A program made the translations under genes and the position numbers. The notes under the pieces were generated by a model that was not told the DNA's origin, did no database searches, and saw nothing but the letters and a program-made list of their open reading frames with translations. This document shows positions 9,417-17,454 of a DNA stretch of 64,000 bases, piece by piece (position 1 is the first letter of the stretch; every line of letters starts with the position of its first letter). The DNA comes from an uncultured Bifidobacterium sp. (GTDB taxonomy: Bacteria; Acidobacteriota; Vicinamibacteria; Vicinamibacterales; CAVVIG01), in contig CAYLTD010000006.1 in NCBI GenBank assembly GCA_964386715.1, positions 3,518 through 67,517 on the forward strand, read 5' to 3'.

Positions 9417-10604
9417 TTGATTTTCGTCGCCGCCTACGCGGCGATCGCCGTCGGCCCGTTGCCCTTCTTCCGGCTCGACCGGAGCGGGGCGGCGCTTCTC
9501 GGCGCGGCGCTGATGGTGATGATCGGCGTCCTGCCGTTCAGCGAGGCGGTACGTGCCATCGACGGCGCGACGCTGGTCCTGCTGTTCAGCATGATGGTCA
9601 TCGTCGCGCACCTGCGGCTGGCCGGCGGGCTCGACCTGCTCGCACGCACCGTCGGATCGCGCGTGGTGCATCCCGCGGCGCTGCTGGTGCTCGTCGTTGT
9701 CGCGGCCGGCGTGCTCCCGGCCGTGTTCATCAACGACACGGTCTGCCTGGTGTTCACGCCACTCGTCCTGGACATGGCCGAGGCGCGGCGCGTCAGGCCA
9801 ACGCCGTTCCTGCTCGCGTTGGCGACGGCGTCCAATGTCGGCAGCGCCGCCACACCGACCGGCAATCCGCAGAACATCCTGATTGGAAGCCTGTCGGGGC
9901 TCACGTTCACGCGCTTCGTGGCGGCGCTGGGGCCCGTGTCAGTCGCCGGGCTCGTGGTGGTCGTGGCAACGGTGTGGCTGCTGTTCCGCAGGGAACTGGT
10001 CGTGCCCAGGGCCCTCGTCTCGGCGCGCGCGCCGCGGGTTCACCGATCCCTGCTGCTGAAGACCCTTCTCGTCATGACGGGTGTGCTGGCCGGTTTCGTG
10101 GCTGGCTACCCGACTGCGATCGTCGCGGCGACGGGGGCCGCGGTCCTGCTGGCGACGCGCCGCATCCGGCCGCGCCGCGTCTACACGGCCATCGACTGGG
10201 ATCTGCTCCTGCTGTTTGCCGGCCTGTTCGTGATCGTGGCCGGCGGGGAACGCGCCGGCGTGGACGACCGGCTGTTCGCCTGGCTGGCTCCCCTCGGCGT
10301 GTCCACCGTCGCGGGCCTCAGCGCGACCACGGCGGTGTTGTCGAATGCCGTCAGCAACGTGCCTGCCGTGATGCTGCTGACGCGTATCGTCCCGCGCCTG
10401 CCGGACCCGGCGACCGCGTGGCTCGCGCTGGCCATGTCGAGCACGCTGTCGGGCAACCTGACCGTGATCGGATCCATTGCCAACCTGATCGTGATCGAAG
10501 GGGCGCGGCGTCGCGGTGTCGCGATCGGCTTCGGTGAGTACGCGCGGGTGGGAATCCCGATCACGCTGGTGACGCTGGCGTGCGGCGTCTGGTGGCTGTC
10601 GTAG
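9417..10604 (+). CDS. ArsB/NhaD-superfamily (citrate-transporter-like) anion permease
   Basis: 395-aa polytopic protein with family-like repeats (NDTVCLVFTP..., SNVPAVMLL). TTG start. Confidence 0.65.
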   Translation: MIFVAAYAAIAVGPLPFFRLDRSGAALLGAALMVMIGVLPFSEAVRAIDGATLVLLFSMMVIVAHLRLAGGLDLLARTVGSRVVHPAALLVLVVVAAGVLPAVFINDTVCLVFTPLVLDMAEARRVRPTPFLLALATASNVGSAATPTGNPQNILIGSLSGLTFTRFVAALGPVSVAGLVVVVATVWLLFRRELVVPRALVSARAPRVHRSLLLKTLLVMTGVLAGFVAGYPTAIVAATGAAVLLATRRIRPRRVYTAIDWDLLLLFAGLFVIVAGGERAGVDDRLFAWLAPLGVSTVAGLSATTAVLSNAVSNVPAVMLLTRIVPRLPDPATAWLALAMSSTLSGNLTVIGSIANLIVIEGARRRGVAIGFGEYARVGIPITLVTLACGVWWLS

Positions 10605-10608
10605 AGGC

Positions 10609-10614
10609 TATACT
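10609..10614 (+). promoter_or_regulatory. -10 box TATACT; predicted leaderless transcript
   Basis: TATACT-ggccgc-ATG(10621). Confidence 0.5.
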
Positions 10615-10620
10615 GGCCGC

Positions 10621-11316
10621 ATGCGTGCGACGGCCATCCTGCTGAGTTGCGTGGTGCTCGCGAGCAGCGTGGTGTCCGCCCAGACACGGCGCCAGGCGCC
10701 CGCGCGGCGGGCGCCCGCGGCTCCCGCGGTGAAGGTGGAGACGCCCGAGATGCGCTGCCCGGCGCCGCTCGGCACCGGCGTCCGCACCAAGCGCGAGTTC
10801 TGCGACATCCTGACGCGCCGGGTGCCGGCGGCCGGTTTGATCATCACCATTCCGCCTCACCGGGGACCGGTCACGCTCACCTTCGACCTGCACAACCGGC
10901 ACACCTACTCGGAAGAGCAGATGAAGGACCCGCGCGCGGCCTTCGCGCGCTACACGGCAGTCATCGGCGCGCTGACGGCGGACAACACGCTGATCAGCCG
11001 AGCGGCCATCCAGAGCGAGTTCCGGAGTGCCTCGGACCTCGTCGATCGGGTGTCGGGCGGAGCAGGTCCCACTGGCGTGAAGGCGGTCGCTCCGACAGGC
11101 ACCGAGTCGATCACCATCACCATTCCCGAGGAAGAAGACGAGGTGTCGCTGCTCGGCGAGAAACTGACCGTCGAACGGGCCGAAGGCAGTGCCACCTACA
11201 CGTCGGAAGGCCGGCCGATTGCCGTGGTCAGCAACGTGAAGATCGAGTATCGTCCGGCCCCGCCCCCGCGGCCGGCTCCGGCCCGACGGCCCACCAGCAA
11301 GCGGCCCGCCCGCTGA
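10621..11316 (+). CDS. secreted hypothetical protein with Pro/Arg-rich tail
   Basis: Sec signal MRATAILLSCVVLASSVVSAQ. No family recognised. Confidence 0.55.
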   Translation: MRATAILLSCVVLASSVVSAQTRRQAPARRAPAAPAVKVETPEMRCPAPLGTGVRTKREFCDILTRRVPAAGLIITIPPHRGPVTLTFDLHNRHTYSEEQMKDPRAAFARYTAVIGALTADNTLISRAAIQSEFRSASDLVDRVSGGAGPTGVKAVAPTGTESITITIPEEEDEVSLLGEKLTVERAEGSATYTSEGRPIAVVSNVKIEYRPAPPPRPAPARRPTSKRPAR

Positions 11317-11340
11317 TCCCGCGCCCCGGGCTCCGCGGTG

Positions 11341-11703
11341 TCAGAACGCCGCGACCGCGAGCGCGATCCAGCCCACGAGGAAGGCGACGCCGCCTATCGG
11401 CGTAATCGCCCCGAGAATGGTGATGCCCGTGAGCGCGAGGGCGTAGAGGCTGCCCGAGAAGATGAAGATGCCGGCCACGAAACTCCAGCCGGCGACAAGG
11501 GCCGAGCGTGTCTCCCACCGCGCCATGAGGGCGGCCGTCGTGAGCAGTGCCAGGGCGTGGTACATGTGATACCGCACACCGGTCTCGAAGACAGCCAGCA
11601 TGTCCGGCGAGAGGCGTCCCTTCAGGCCGTGCGCGCCGAATGCGCCAAGGCCCACTCCCACACACCCCATCAGTGCCCCGATGAACATGAACGTCCGGTC
11701 CAT
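11341..11703 (-). CDS. DUF423 family membrane protein
   Basis: GLGAFGAHGL...YHMYHALALL motifs and four TM segments. Confidence 0.8.
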   Translation of the reverse strand: MDRTFMFIGALMGCVGVGLGAFGAHGLKGRLSPDMLAVFETGVRYHMYHALALLTTAALMARWETRSALVAGWSFVAGIFIFSGSLYALALTGITILGAITPIGGVAFLVGWIALAVAAF

Positions 11704-11709
11704 CTGCCG

Positions 11710-11715
11710 ATCTTA
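11710..11715 (-). promoter_or_regulatory. -10 box TAAGAT; predicted leaderless DUF423 gene
   Basis: The minus strand reads TTAAGAT-cggcag-ATG(11703). Confidence 0.45.
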
Positions 11716-11859
11716 ACGGAGGAGTGTCCGCCCCGGGTCTGCGGGCGCCCGCGGACGGCGCGGTCGCGGGGCCGAACGGCCCCAGTCTCCAGGGTGCCTT
11801 CGGCAGGGCGCCGGACCCACCGGGCGGTGCGGCCACGTGACGTGAGCCGACGCCGGCGG

Positions 11860-13536
11860 CTAGTACCCGACCGCCTTGCCTGCGGCCGAGCGGCCGTCCG
11901 ACGCCCCCTGCAGCCAGCCGCCGTCGTTCAGGATGGCTGCTGTCTGCGCCAGCACCACGCCCGGCGAATAATCCACGTCGTAGCCGCGCGACTTCAGCAG
12001 GTCCACGGTATCGGGCGAGATGCCCCGCTCGAGCGAGAGGCGGTCCGGCAGCCACTGGTGGTGCACGCGCGGCGCATCGACGGCATCCTGGATGCTCATG
12101 CCAAAGTCGACCACATTGAGGATGACCTGCAGCACCGCGGTCGAGATGCGCGAGCCGCCTGGCGCCCCCACGGTCATGAACAGCGAGCCGTCCTTCACCA
12201 GCATCGTCGGCGTCATCGAGGACAGCGGCCGCTTGCCGGGCGCGATCGCGTTCCGCTCGCCCTGCACCAGGCCGAACATGTTCGGTGCGCCCGGCTTCGC
12301 CGAGAAGTCATCCATCTCGTTGTTCAGGAGGAATCCCAGCCCAGGAACCGTGATGCCGTTGCCGTAGCCGCCGTTGAGGGTGTAAGTGACGGCGACCGCG
12401 TTGCCCTGTGCATCCACCACTGAATAGTGCGTGGTTTCCATCTTCTCGGATCCGGCGGGCTGCCCCGGCTTGACCTCGGCGCTTGGGGTCGCCCGCACCG
12501 GGTCGATCCGCGCGCGCAGCCTGGCGTGGTAGGCGGGGTCGAGCAGGCCCGCGAGCGGGACCTTCACGAATTCCGGATCGCCAAGGTACTCGTTCCGGTC
12601 GGCGTAGGCGAGCCGCATCGCCTCGGCGACGTAGTGGAGGGCGGACGCGGAGCCGAAGCCAGCCTTCTCATAGCCGGTGCCCTCGAGGATACCCAGCATC
12701 TCCAGCAGCGCCACGCCTCCTGAACTCGAGGGCGGCGCGGTGATGACCGTGTAGCCCTTGTAGCGGCCCTGCAGCGGTGTACGCTCGATCGCCTTGTAGT
12801 CCCTCAGATCCGCAAGGGTGATGAGGCCACCGTGCTTCGACATCTCCTCGGCGAAGCGCCGCGCGGTCTCGCCTTCATAGAACTCGCGGGCCCCGTTCGC
12901 GGCGATCCGCTGCAGGGTGCGACCGAGGTCGGGCTGGACCAGGGTCTCGCCGACGTCGAAGAACCGTCCATCGCGCTGGAAGATCCGGCGGGACTCCGGG
13001 TCGCGGGCCAGGCTGCCCGAACCCTTCAGGCCCTCGGCGAGCGCATAGGACACGGGGAATCCCCTGGCAGCCAGTTCGACCGCCGGCGCCAGGTTCTCGG
13101 CCCAGGATCGCTTCCCGTACTTGCTGTTGGCGAGTTCGAACCCGCGTACCGAACCCGGTACGCCCGAGGAGCGCCAGCCCTGGATGCTGTCGCGCGTAGG
13201 ATTTCCCTGCGCGTCGAGATACATGTCGCGCGTGGCGGCGCCAGGCGCGCGCTCGCGGAAGTCGATGAAGGTGGTCGTCCCGTCCGCAAGGCGGATGAGC
13301 ATGTACCCGCCGCCGCCGATGTTGCCCGCGAAGGGATGCGTCGCCGCCATGGCGAACCCCATGGCAACCGCCGCATCCACCGCGTTCCCCCCTTTCTGGA
13401 GCACGCCGACGCCGACATCCGCGGCGATGGCCTCCATCGCGACGGCCATGCCCTGGCGACCGCGCACCGGCTGGCGCGTGGCGTGCGCGGGAAGGATCAG
13501 TACGAAGCAGAGCAGAAGGGGCAGCAGACGTCGCAT
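11860..13536 (-). CDS. ggt: gamma-glutamyltranspeptidase
   Basis: Signal peptide, GGGGYML, the autoprocessing TTHYSVVD site and the SSMTPT motif. Confidence 0.92.
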   Translation of the reverse strand: MRRLLPLLLCFVLILPAHATRQPVRGRQGMAVAMEAIAADVGVGVLQKGGNAVDAAVAMGFAMAATHPFAGNIGGGGYMLIRLADGTTTFIDFRERAPGAATRDMYLDAQGNPTRDSIQGWRSSGVPGSVRGFELANSKYGKRSWAENLAPAVELAARGFPVSYALAEGLKGSGSLARDPESRRIFQRDGRFFDVGETLVQPDLGRTLQRIAANGAREFYEGETARRFAEEMSKHGGLITLADLRDYKAIERTPLQGRYKGYTVITAPPSSSGGVALLEMLGILEGTGYEKAGFGSASALHYVAEAMRLAYADRNEYLGDPEFVKVPLAGLLDPAYHARLRARIDPVRATPSAEVKPGQPAGSEKMETTHYSVVDAQGNAVAVTYTLNGGYGNGITVPGLGFLLNNEMDDFSAKPGAPNMFGLVQGERNAIAPGKRPLSSMTPTMLVKDGSLFMTVGAPGGSRISTAVLQVILNVVDFGMSIQDAVDAPRVHHQWLPDRLSLERGISPDTVDLLKSRGYDVDYSPGVVLAQTAAILNDGGWLQGASDGRSAAGKAVGY

Positions 13537-13543
13537 GAGCGAG

Positions 13544-13549
13544 ATTCTA
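13544..13549 (-). promoter_or_regulatory. -10 box TAGAAT; predicted leaderless ggt
   Basis: The minus strand reads TAGAAT-ctcgctc-ATG(13536). Confidence 0.45.
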
Positions 13550-13611
13550 GCCCGGCCAGGTCGAGGGAACGCCCGACAGTTCTGTCGACCTCGCCGGCCG
13601 GTGCCGCGGGC

Positions 13612-14334
13612 TCAGAGGTGCTCGCCCAGCCACTCGTAGGTCACGTCCCAGGCCCGGTCCGACGATCGCTGGTGGAAGGCCGCGCGCTCGTCGCACGCGA
13701 ACCCATGACCGCCCTCCGGCAGCGTGACCACGTCGTGGTCCTTTCCGAGTTCCGTCAGGCGCGCGTCCACCGCATGGACGTCGTCCGCCGGGATCGACTG
13801 GTCCTTGCCGCCGAACACGAGAAGGAGCGGCCCGCGAATCAGGTGCGCATCGTCGATCAGCGGCGTGAGGGCGATATTGGGACGGGGGCGGACGATGCCG
13901 CCCGCATAGAAGGCGACGAAGGCGCGCGCATCGGTGTGCTCCGCTGCCAGGAACGCGGTGAAGCCCCCAACGCAGAACCCGATCACCCCCACGCGCGCGG
14001 CGTCCACGCGCGCGTCGGTTTCGAGCGCGGCGAGGCCGGCGCGCACATCCATGAGCAGCCCACCGTTGGTCAGTGCCGTGAAGTGGGGCATCACCTTCGC
14101 CATGTCGTCGTACGGGAGCTCGACGCCTTGGCCGGTGCGGTGAAAGAGTTCGGGCGCCAGCGCCACGTAGCCTCGAGCCGACAGGCGCCTGCAGACGTTC
14201 CGGATGTGCGAGTTGACGCCGAACGCCTCCTGAATCACGAGGAGGGCCGGACGCCGGTCCGTGCCTGCCGGTGCCGTGCGGAACGCCCGCATGGGCCCAT
14301 CCGACGTGTCGAGGCTGATTACGGTTTCCATCAT
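13612..14334 (-). CDS. dienelactone hydrolase family protein
   Basis: The start was chosen at MMETV, 7 nt after the upstream stop. LVIQEAFG..., nucleophile elbow GFCVGG and C-terminal GHGF. Confidence 0.8.
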   Translation of the reverse strand: MMETVISLDTSDGPMRAFRTAPAGTDRRPALLVIQEAFGVNSHIRNVCRRLSARGYVALAPELFHRTGQGVELPYDDMAKVMPHFTALTNGGLLMDVRAGLAALETDARVDAARVGVIGFCVGGFTAFLAAEHTDARAFVAFYAGGIVRPRPNIALTPLIDDAHLIRGPLLLVFGGKDQSIPADDVHAVDARLTELGKDHDVVTLPEGGHGFACDERAAFHQRSSDRAWDVTYEWLGEHL

Positions 14335-14341
14335 GGAACCC

Positions 14342-15205
14342 TCACCGGGATGGGTCGCGCGGTATCGCAAGGGCGCCCATGTCCTTGTCACCATGGCCAT
14401 CGGCGAGTGCTGCATCCATGCGCGCAGCGATGGCGGGCCACACCGTCAGTTCCTGACCCGCCGCGGCTTCGAGCATCAGGCGCATGTCCTTCCGGGCCAT
14501 CGTCAATTCGAACGAGGCGGTGTAGTCGCCCGCGGCCATCTTCGCACCGCGTACGTTGATCATGTTGCCGACCGGGAACTTCTGGAAGAGGCCCACCGCG
14601 TCCACCGGGTCGATCTCCTGTGCGCGTGCCAGCGCGAACACGTCGGCCAGTCCGGCCGCCAGCACGAACAGCATCGAGTTGCCAATGAGCTTGAAGATCG
14701 CCGCCCGCTCGAGCCGCTCGCCGAGATAGACGACCGAGCCGGTCATCTCGGCCAGCAGTGGCTGCAGCGCGTCCGCCGTCGCCGTCGGCCCGGAGGTCAG
14801 CATCAGGCCGGTCGCCTCGCGTGCATTCTGCGGGCCCATGAACACGGGGACGTGTACGAAGCGGACGCCGGCCGCCTGCAGGCGCTCGTAGCGCGCACGG
14901 GTGCCGGCGGGTGAGGTGGTGGTGTGATCGATCACCCACGCGTCGCGCCCCACCACACGGGCGATGTGGTCGAGGACAGGATCGACGGCGGCGTCGTCTG
15001 ACAGTGCGAGGTGGACGCGTGCGGCGCCCACGACGGCGTCCTCGGGCGTCGCGGCCACGCGCGCGCCCAGCGGTTCGAGCGCCAGGGCCTTGGACACCGT
15101 CCGGTTCCAGGCGGTCACCGCGTGTCCTTTCTTGAGGAGGTTTTCCACCATGCCCGAGCCCAGTAGCCCGGTGCCGAGAAAAGCGATATGTGCCATACGC
15201 TCCAT
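14342..15205 (-). CDS. NAD(P)-dependent beta-hydroxyacid dehydrogenase family oxidoreductase
   Basis: Rossmann motif IAFLGTGLLGSGM and 6PGDH/HIBADH-like C-terminal half. An alternative start lies at 15196. Confidence 0.8.
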   Translation of the reverse strand: MERMAHIAFLGTGLLGSGMVENLLKKGHAVTAWNRTVSKALALEPLGARVAATPEDAVVGAARVHLALSDDAAVDPVLDHIARVVGRDAWVIDHTTTSPAGTRARYERLQAAGVRFVHVPVFMGPQNAREATGLMLTSGPTATADALQPLLAEMTGSVVYLGERLERAAIFKLIGNSMLFVLAAGLADVFALARAQEIDPVDAVGLFQKFPVGNMINVRGAKMAAGDYTASFELTMARKDMRLMLEAAAGQELTVWPAIAARMDAALADGHGDKDMGALAIPRDPSR

Positions 15206-15245
15206 CCTGAAGGTCGCCGCAGCACCGGCCCTGCCGTGCAGTCTG

Positions 15246-16181
15246 TCAGCGGTCGTGCCCGGGTGTCACAGCAGACCGGGTTCGTCCGGGCTTCGCGTCC
15301 GGTGCGGCTGGCAGGCGCCGCAGGACCGACAACGGATCGACGCGTGCGCCCTGCACGCGCATGGCCCAATGCAGGTGCGGCCCCGTGACGCGCCCGGTGG
15401 CGCCCACCAGGCCGACCACGGTGCCACGCGCGATTGCCGCGCCCTCGCGGACGTCGATCCGTGACAGGTGCGCGAGCATGGAGAAGAGGCCGCGCCCGTG
15501 GTCGATGATGACCGTATTGCCGCTGAAGAAGAGGTCGCGCGCTGCCACGACGCGGCCACCGCCGGGTGCATGAACGGGCGTGCCGCTGCCGCTCAGGAAG
15601 TCGGTTCCCGCATGGGGGCTCCGCGCCTCGCCGTTGAACACACTCCGCGTGCCGAAGCTGCTGTTCGCGGGTCCGGGTACCGGCCGCGCGAACCCCTCGG
15701 CCCACGCGGCATCCATGGTGCTCGACGCGTACACGTGGTCGACGAAGTGCGATTCGGCTGCGATCCGCGCGGTGAGTTCGGGTGGCGGGTTGACGTACTC
15801 GGGCGCGACGGTCAGCACGCGGCGCCGGAACCGGCGGGCGCCGACCTGGAGCGCCGCCTCGATCCGGGAGGCATCCGCCCCGGCCCCCTCGGTCATCACG
15901 GTCACGGGATAACGACCCGGTTCGCGGTCGAGATCCACGCCGATGACGACGGTCCAGTCCGCCGCGCTGCGTCGCAGGGCTGGCCACGACTGGCCGAAGG
16001 CCTCGACGGTGAGGGTGCGAGTGGCTTCGGACGCGTGTATGGACAGCACGCTCACGCTGCCCACCGACACCGGCGTTTCGAGCCCGCCGATGCGGACATC
16101 CTCCGCCGTGAGGTGGCCCCCGCCGGTCAGCAGGAGCACGCCGCCCACGGCGGCCCAGGTCCGCCACCCTCGGTTGCGCAT
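15246..16181 (-). CDS. M23 family metallopeptidase
   Basis: HAGTDF...IIDHG...GPHLHW motifs. ATG at 16181 overlaps the upstream TGA (TGATG). An alternative start lies at 16196. Confidence 0.8.
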   Translation of the reverse strand: MRNRGWRTWAAVGGVLLLTGGGHLTAEDVRIGGLETPVSVGSVSVLSIHASEATRTLTVEAFGQSWPALRRSAADWTVVIGVDLDREPGRYPVTVMTEGAGADASRIEAALQVGARRFRRRVLTVAPEYVNPPPELTARIAAESHFVDHVYASSTMDAAWAEGFARPVPGPANSSFGTRSVFNGEARSPHAGTDFLSGSGTPVHAPGGGRVVAARDLFFSGNTVIIDHGRGLFSMLAHLSRIDVREGAAIARGTVVGLVGATGRVTGPHLHWAMRVQGARVDPLSVLRRLPAAPDAKPGRTRSAVTPGHDR

Positions 16182-17065
16182 CAGGCCTCCTGCCACGCGC
16201 GCCCCGGCCAGATGACCTCGAGGTAGGTCGTCAGGGCTGCCCCGAACTCGGCCATCGACTCGTAGCGCTTTGTGCGATCGTGATCGACCGCAGAGAGCAG
16301 GATGGCCCTGAGCGGGTCATCCAGCTCGGTATCGCGGGCTACCGAGCGGGTGATGTCGTCCCGCCACGTCCAGCCGTACCCGGCCATGAGCGTATACAGC
16401 ACCGCACCGAGCGAGAAGATGTCGGCGCGCGCGTCCGGCCGTTCCGCTGGAATCTCCGGGGCGGAGTAGCCCGGCGTAGTCGGCGGGTCGTAGTGCGCCG
16501 AAGGACCGTGACGGTGGGGCTCGAACGAGGACTCGAAGTCGACCACCCGGATCACCGGGCCTCCACGCTCCGTCCGGTAGAGGATGTTCATCGGGTTGAG
16601 GTCGACGTGAATGACCGGCACGCGGTGGAGTTCGGCCACGACCCGCGACGCGGCGACGGCCGTGCGCAGGTGCGACACCAGGCGGCCCGACGCACGCTCC
16701 GCCCCGATGGTCGTGGCCAGCGGGAACTCGTCGAACAGGGTGGTGATGAGGAAGACGCGCCCGTCGCGAAGCCGGCCGTGGTCGAGGACGAGCGGGAAGT
16801 GGCGCGAGTCGGGCAGCGCCCGATTGATCGAGGTGAGGCTCGCGATCTCGTTGTTGATGTTCTGCTCGTAGAACAGGCCAGGCCGGGCTGTCACCTTGAC
16901 CAGCGCCGGGACGTTGGTGCGGCGGTCGACGGCGGCGTAGAGCTGGTGTCGTGCGTGCGCGTCGGGCGCCCGTCCGCTGCGCGCCGTCGCCAGCGGGCGA
17001 ATGGCCTTGTAGTGCTCGAAGGGCGCAGACCGGGTGTCGAGTTCGACTCGCTCGGTGGGCGGCAT
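16181..17065 (-). CDS. atypical (non-RD, degenerate) Ser/Thr protein-kinase-like protein
   Basis: Kinase-fold landmarks: VKV lysine, catalytic loop HVDLNPMN (16586-16609), DFE (16532-16540) in place of DFG, then SAPE. No Gly-rich loop. Confidence 0.6.
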   Translation of the reverse strand: MPPTERVELDTRSAPFEHYKAIRPLATARSGRAPDAHARHQLYAAVDRRTNVPALVKVTARPGLFYEQNINNEIASLTSINRALPDSRHFPLVLDHGRLRDGRVFLITTLFDEFPLATTIGAERASGRLVSHLRTAVAASRVVAELHRVPVIHVDLNPMNILYRTERGGPVIRVVDFESSFEPHRHGPSAHYDPPTTPGYSAPEIPAERPDARADIFSLGAVLYTLMAGYGWTWRDDITRSVARDTELDDPLRAILLSAVDHDRTKRYESMAEFGAALTTYLEVIWPGRAWQEA

Positions 17066-17095
17066 GGTGCCGGACCTCGGGAGGCGCCGCTGCGC

Positions 17096-17299
17096 TTAGT
17101 GGACGACCTCGCCGTAGTCGAGCTCAACCTCGAGGTGGGGAATCTCGAGTTCGGCGACAGCCTTGACTGCGACCGCCAGTGCCTGATCCACGTCTTCGCC
17201 GCACTGCGCATCGCGCATGACACGCCGCAGCTGCCGCAGCGTGCGCAGCACCTGCGCGCGATCGAATCGTTGTCCCTCACAGTGCGTGCAGAATCCCAT
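17096..17299 (-). CDS. small CxxC hypothetical protein (67 aa)
   Basis: Strong SD GGAGGG 5 nt upstream of the ATG at 17299. It ends 30 nt before the kinase-like gene. No family recognised. Confidence 0.4.
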   Translation of the reverse strand: MGFCTHCEGQRFDRAQVLRTLRQLRRVMRDAQCGEDVDQALAVAVKAVAELEIPHLEVELDYGEVVH

Positions 17300-17442
17300 C
17301 GAGTCCCTCCGATACGCCGGATCGTACTTCAGCCAGCGCGCGAGTCGACGAAAAAGCCGGCTCCCGGCGAGCCGCCGGGCGGGCGCACCCGCCCGGGCGG
17401 GCCGCTCCGCGCTTTGCGGGCCACGGCCGTGGCATCGTGATC

Positions 17443-17448
17443 TAAGCT
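17443..17448 (+). promoter_or_regulatory. -10 box TAAGCT; predicted leaderless PQQ dehydrogenase gene
   Basis: TAAGCT-cagcgc-ATG(17455). Confidence 0.45.
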
Positions 17449-17454
17449 CAGCGC

